Part shown: piece by piece, positions 60,453-62,206 of the stretch
Layout of the letters: each line of letters starts with the position of its first letter
How positions within the stretch are numbered: position 1 is the first letter of the stretch
Origin: Nemertoderma westbladi
Lineage: Eukaryota > Animalia > Xenacoelomorpha
Direction of reading: 5' to 3'
DNA: 62,206 bases
NCBI GenBank assembly: GCA_032718475.1
Contig: JAUCBJ010000987.1
Coordinates: forward strand, 1 to 62,206
Made by a program: the position numbers and the translations under genes
Notes under the pieces: generated by a model
Seen by the model: only the letters and a program-made list of their open reading frames with translations
What the model was told of the DNA's origin: nothing
Databases searched by the model: none

Positions 60453-60689
60453 TAGAGACTCCCTTGGCTCGTACTCAAAGTTTGACTCCCCTGTAGAGAA
60501 ATATCTCGGATTGTTTATAGAGACTCCCTGGGCTCGGACTCATAGTTTGACTCCCCTGTAGAGAAATATCTCGGATTGTTTATAGAGACTCCCTGGTTCG
60601 TACTCAAAGTTTGACTCACCTGTAGAGAAATATCTCGGATTGTTTATAGAGACTCCCTGGGCTCGGACTCAAAGTTTGACTCCCCTGTA
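60453..60689. repeat. 65-bp tandem repeat, ~3.6 copies
   Basis: TAGAGACTCCCT occurs at 60453, 60518, 60583 and 60647. Confidence 0.9.
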
Positions 60690-60776
60690 AAGGTATTTCT
60701 AACTATTCTAACTTGGTTGGTCTTAGAAAAGGAGCACAATAATTCAGATATAGCACAATGTTTGTAGCGCAAATAT

Positions 60777-61606
60777 TTACTGACGTTTAGAACGTTGCCG
60801 TTGCTTGAACGCAGTGAAACTTTGCACACGTCTTTGGTCAGTTATCTCGTTGGGAGTTATGTTTATCAGTGTACGGTGGACTAGACTGATCGTCTTCTTG
60901 TGGAGTTCGCAAAACATTTCCAACGCACAAATTCCGAAGTTCTCCAAAAAGTGCATTGATGCAGCACGAATAGGGATACCCAGGTTATCGAGCAGAGTGG
61001 TGTTATTCAATATGCAGTGGTGATTGGTTGCCAACTAAAAACATTTCGGGAGAGGAACTGGCCGATGAGTTAGTTCAAGTTTAACTGCCGATATTCGTAG
61101 GGCCTATCGCTCCACCCAACCGAGGCATATCGCCACTGACTCAAATCCAACTCATAGATCAGAACGCGATTGGTTGTTTTGTCGAAGACATAGCCAGGGG
61201 GACAGCAATACACAGTAATATCATCAAGTGACGAGATTGCAAATTGTCTGTGGAATTGGGACATCTCGTCAGGGTGGTACTCTCGAATTGTGGGTTCACA
61301 CCGCGGTCGTTTAACCTGGGGAGTCATGGAGGACGGAGTCCCAGCAACTGCGATGGTTGGGACGGGAGACACTGAGACATGGACCAATCCAATTTCACGT
61401 TTCCAGCTGCAGATGTTGTTTTGTAATCATCCTCAAAAATGGTCCACGCAAACGCAAGAATACTTCGTGACTTCGTAGTCCTGGCGGTTAACGAAGCGAA
61501 CCCATCGCTCCCGCAAGTCCGGGGCTGTCGGAAACTTAAATGAAGGTTTCCGAACGCCACTAGTGTAACCTGTCTTGCAGCCAACGACGCAGCATTTATT
61601 CACCAA
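60777..61606 (-). pseudogene. THAP-domain transposase relic (P-element/THAP9-like, internally deleted)
   Basis: Minus strand reads VNKCCVVGCKTGY...FKFPTAPDLRERWVRFVNR...VCVDHF and later SPVPTI. It has frameshifts and no catalytic core. Confidence 0.75.
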
Positions 61607-62206
61607 ATGCTGTAATGTTTGAATGTGAATAATTAATATTTAATTGAATAACGTAAGCAATGAGCAGATTAAGGTGAGCAGTAAGGAATACAATATCAGA
61701 CCAGTAGGATAAGTATTTTACACTTTAGGCAGCAAAGTATCTTTACTGGCAACTGGTAGTAAGTAATTAATACTGTAATAAAGGCTTTGGTACAGTAATA
61801 AAGGAAAAAACAATTAATAACAAGTAGATAATATGTTTTTTTATCATAAACAACCAAAAGCAAAAGCCATCCATGTTTATATTCAGATATTACAGGTATA
61901 AATACAACATTAAGTAAATAATTAGGGGTCTGACGAATTTGTACAAAAAAATACAAAATAGTACAAAGTACAATATAGTACAAAAGAATACAAAAGAGTA
62001 CAATAAAGAGCAAAAATAGTACAAAAGAGTGCAAAAATAGTACAAAAGAGTACAAACGAGTGAGAAACGCTTGCAAAACTAACGTGTATCCAAGTGTAGT
62101 TCAAATCGTTTAGAGGGGCGCGGCGCACATGATGTGCAAAAGCAAAATAAAACAAAGCATTGTCTGATTGTGGGGCGAGCCATGCATTGAGCGGGGGCTG
62201 ATCTAG

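Overview
Eukaryotic, probably invertebrate, genomic DNA made almost entirely of nested transposable elements. No spliced host gene is recognisable. Three LTR-retrotransposon families dominate. Family C is a near-complete 18.7-kb Bel/Pao element (38536-57241, minus strand, ~2.2-kb LTRs, TSD CCGGG) with gag-PR-RT-RH-IN plus an extra ~1230-codon ORF3 encoding a WRN/RNase D-like DEDDy 3'-5' exonuclease and three CCHC knuckles. Family A has copy A1 at 1-5058 and copy A2 at 28525-58937 (TSD GACAA). Family B is Bel/Pao, with B1 at 5059-7519 and B2 at 28642-~34005; B2 carries a second, divergent DEDDy ORF3. Main observation: none of the three 5' LTRs is followed by a TGG tRNA primer-binding site. Instead, the 11-12 nt flush with each LTR are complementary to a site inside the same LTR, with three compensatory changes between A1 and A2. 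This suggests tRNA-independent self-priming. The window also holds an RTE-X-like LINE and smaller LINE fragments, several non-autonomous DNA transposons (Tc1-like, CMC/EnSpm-like, MULE-like), a THAP/P-like relic, a minimal hammerhead ribozyme behind a tRNA-like box B, an intronless TM-RING ORF and many tandem repeats. All calls come from reading by eye; no searches were run.
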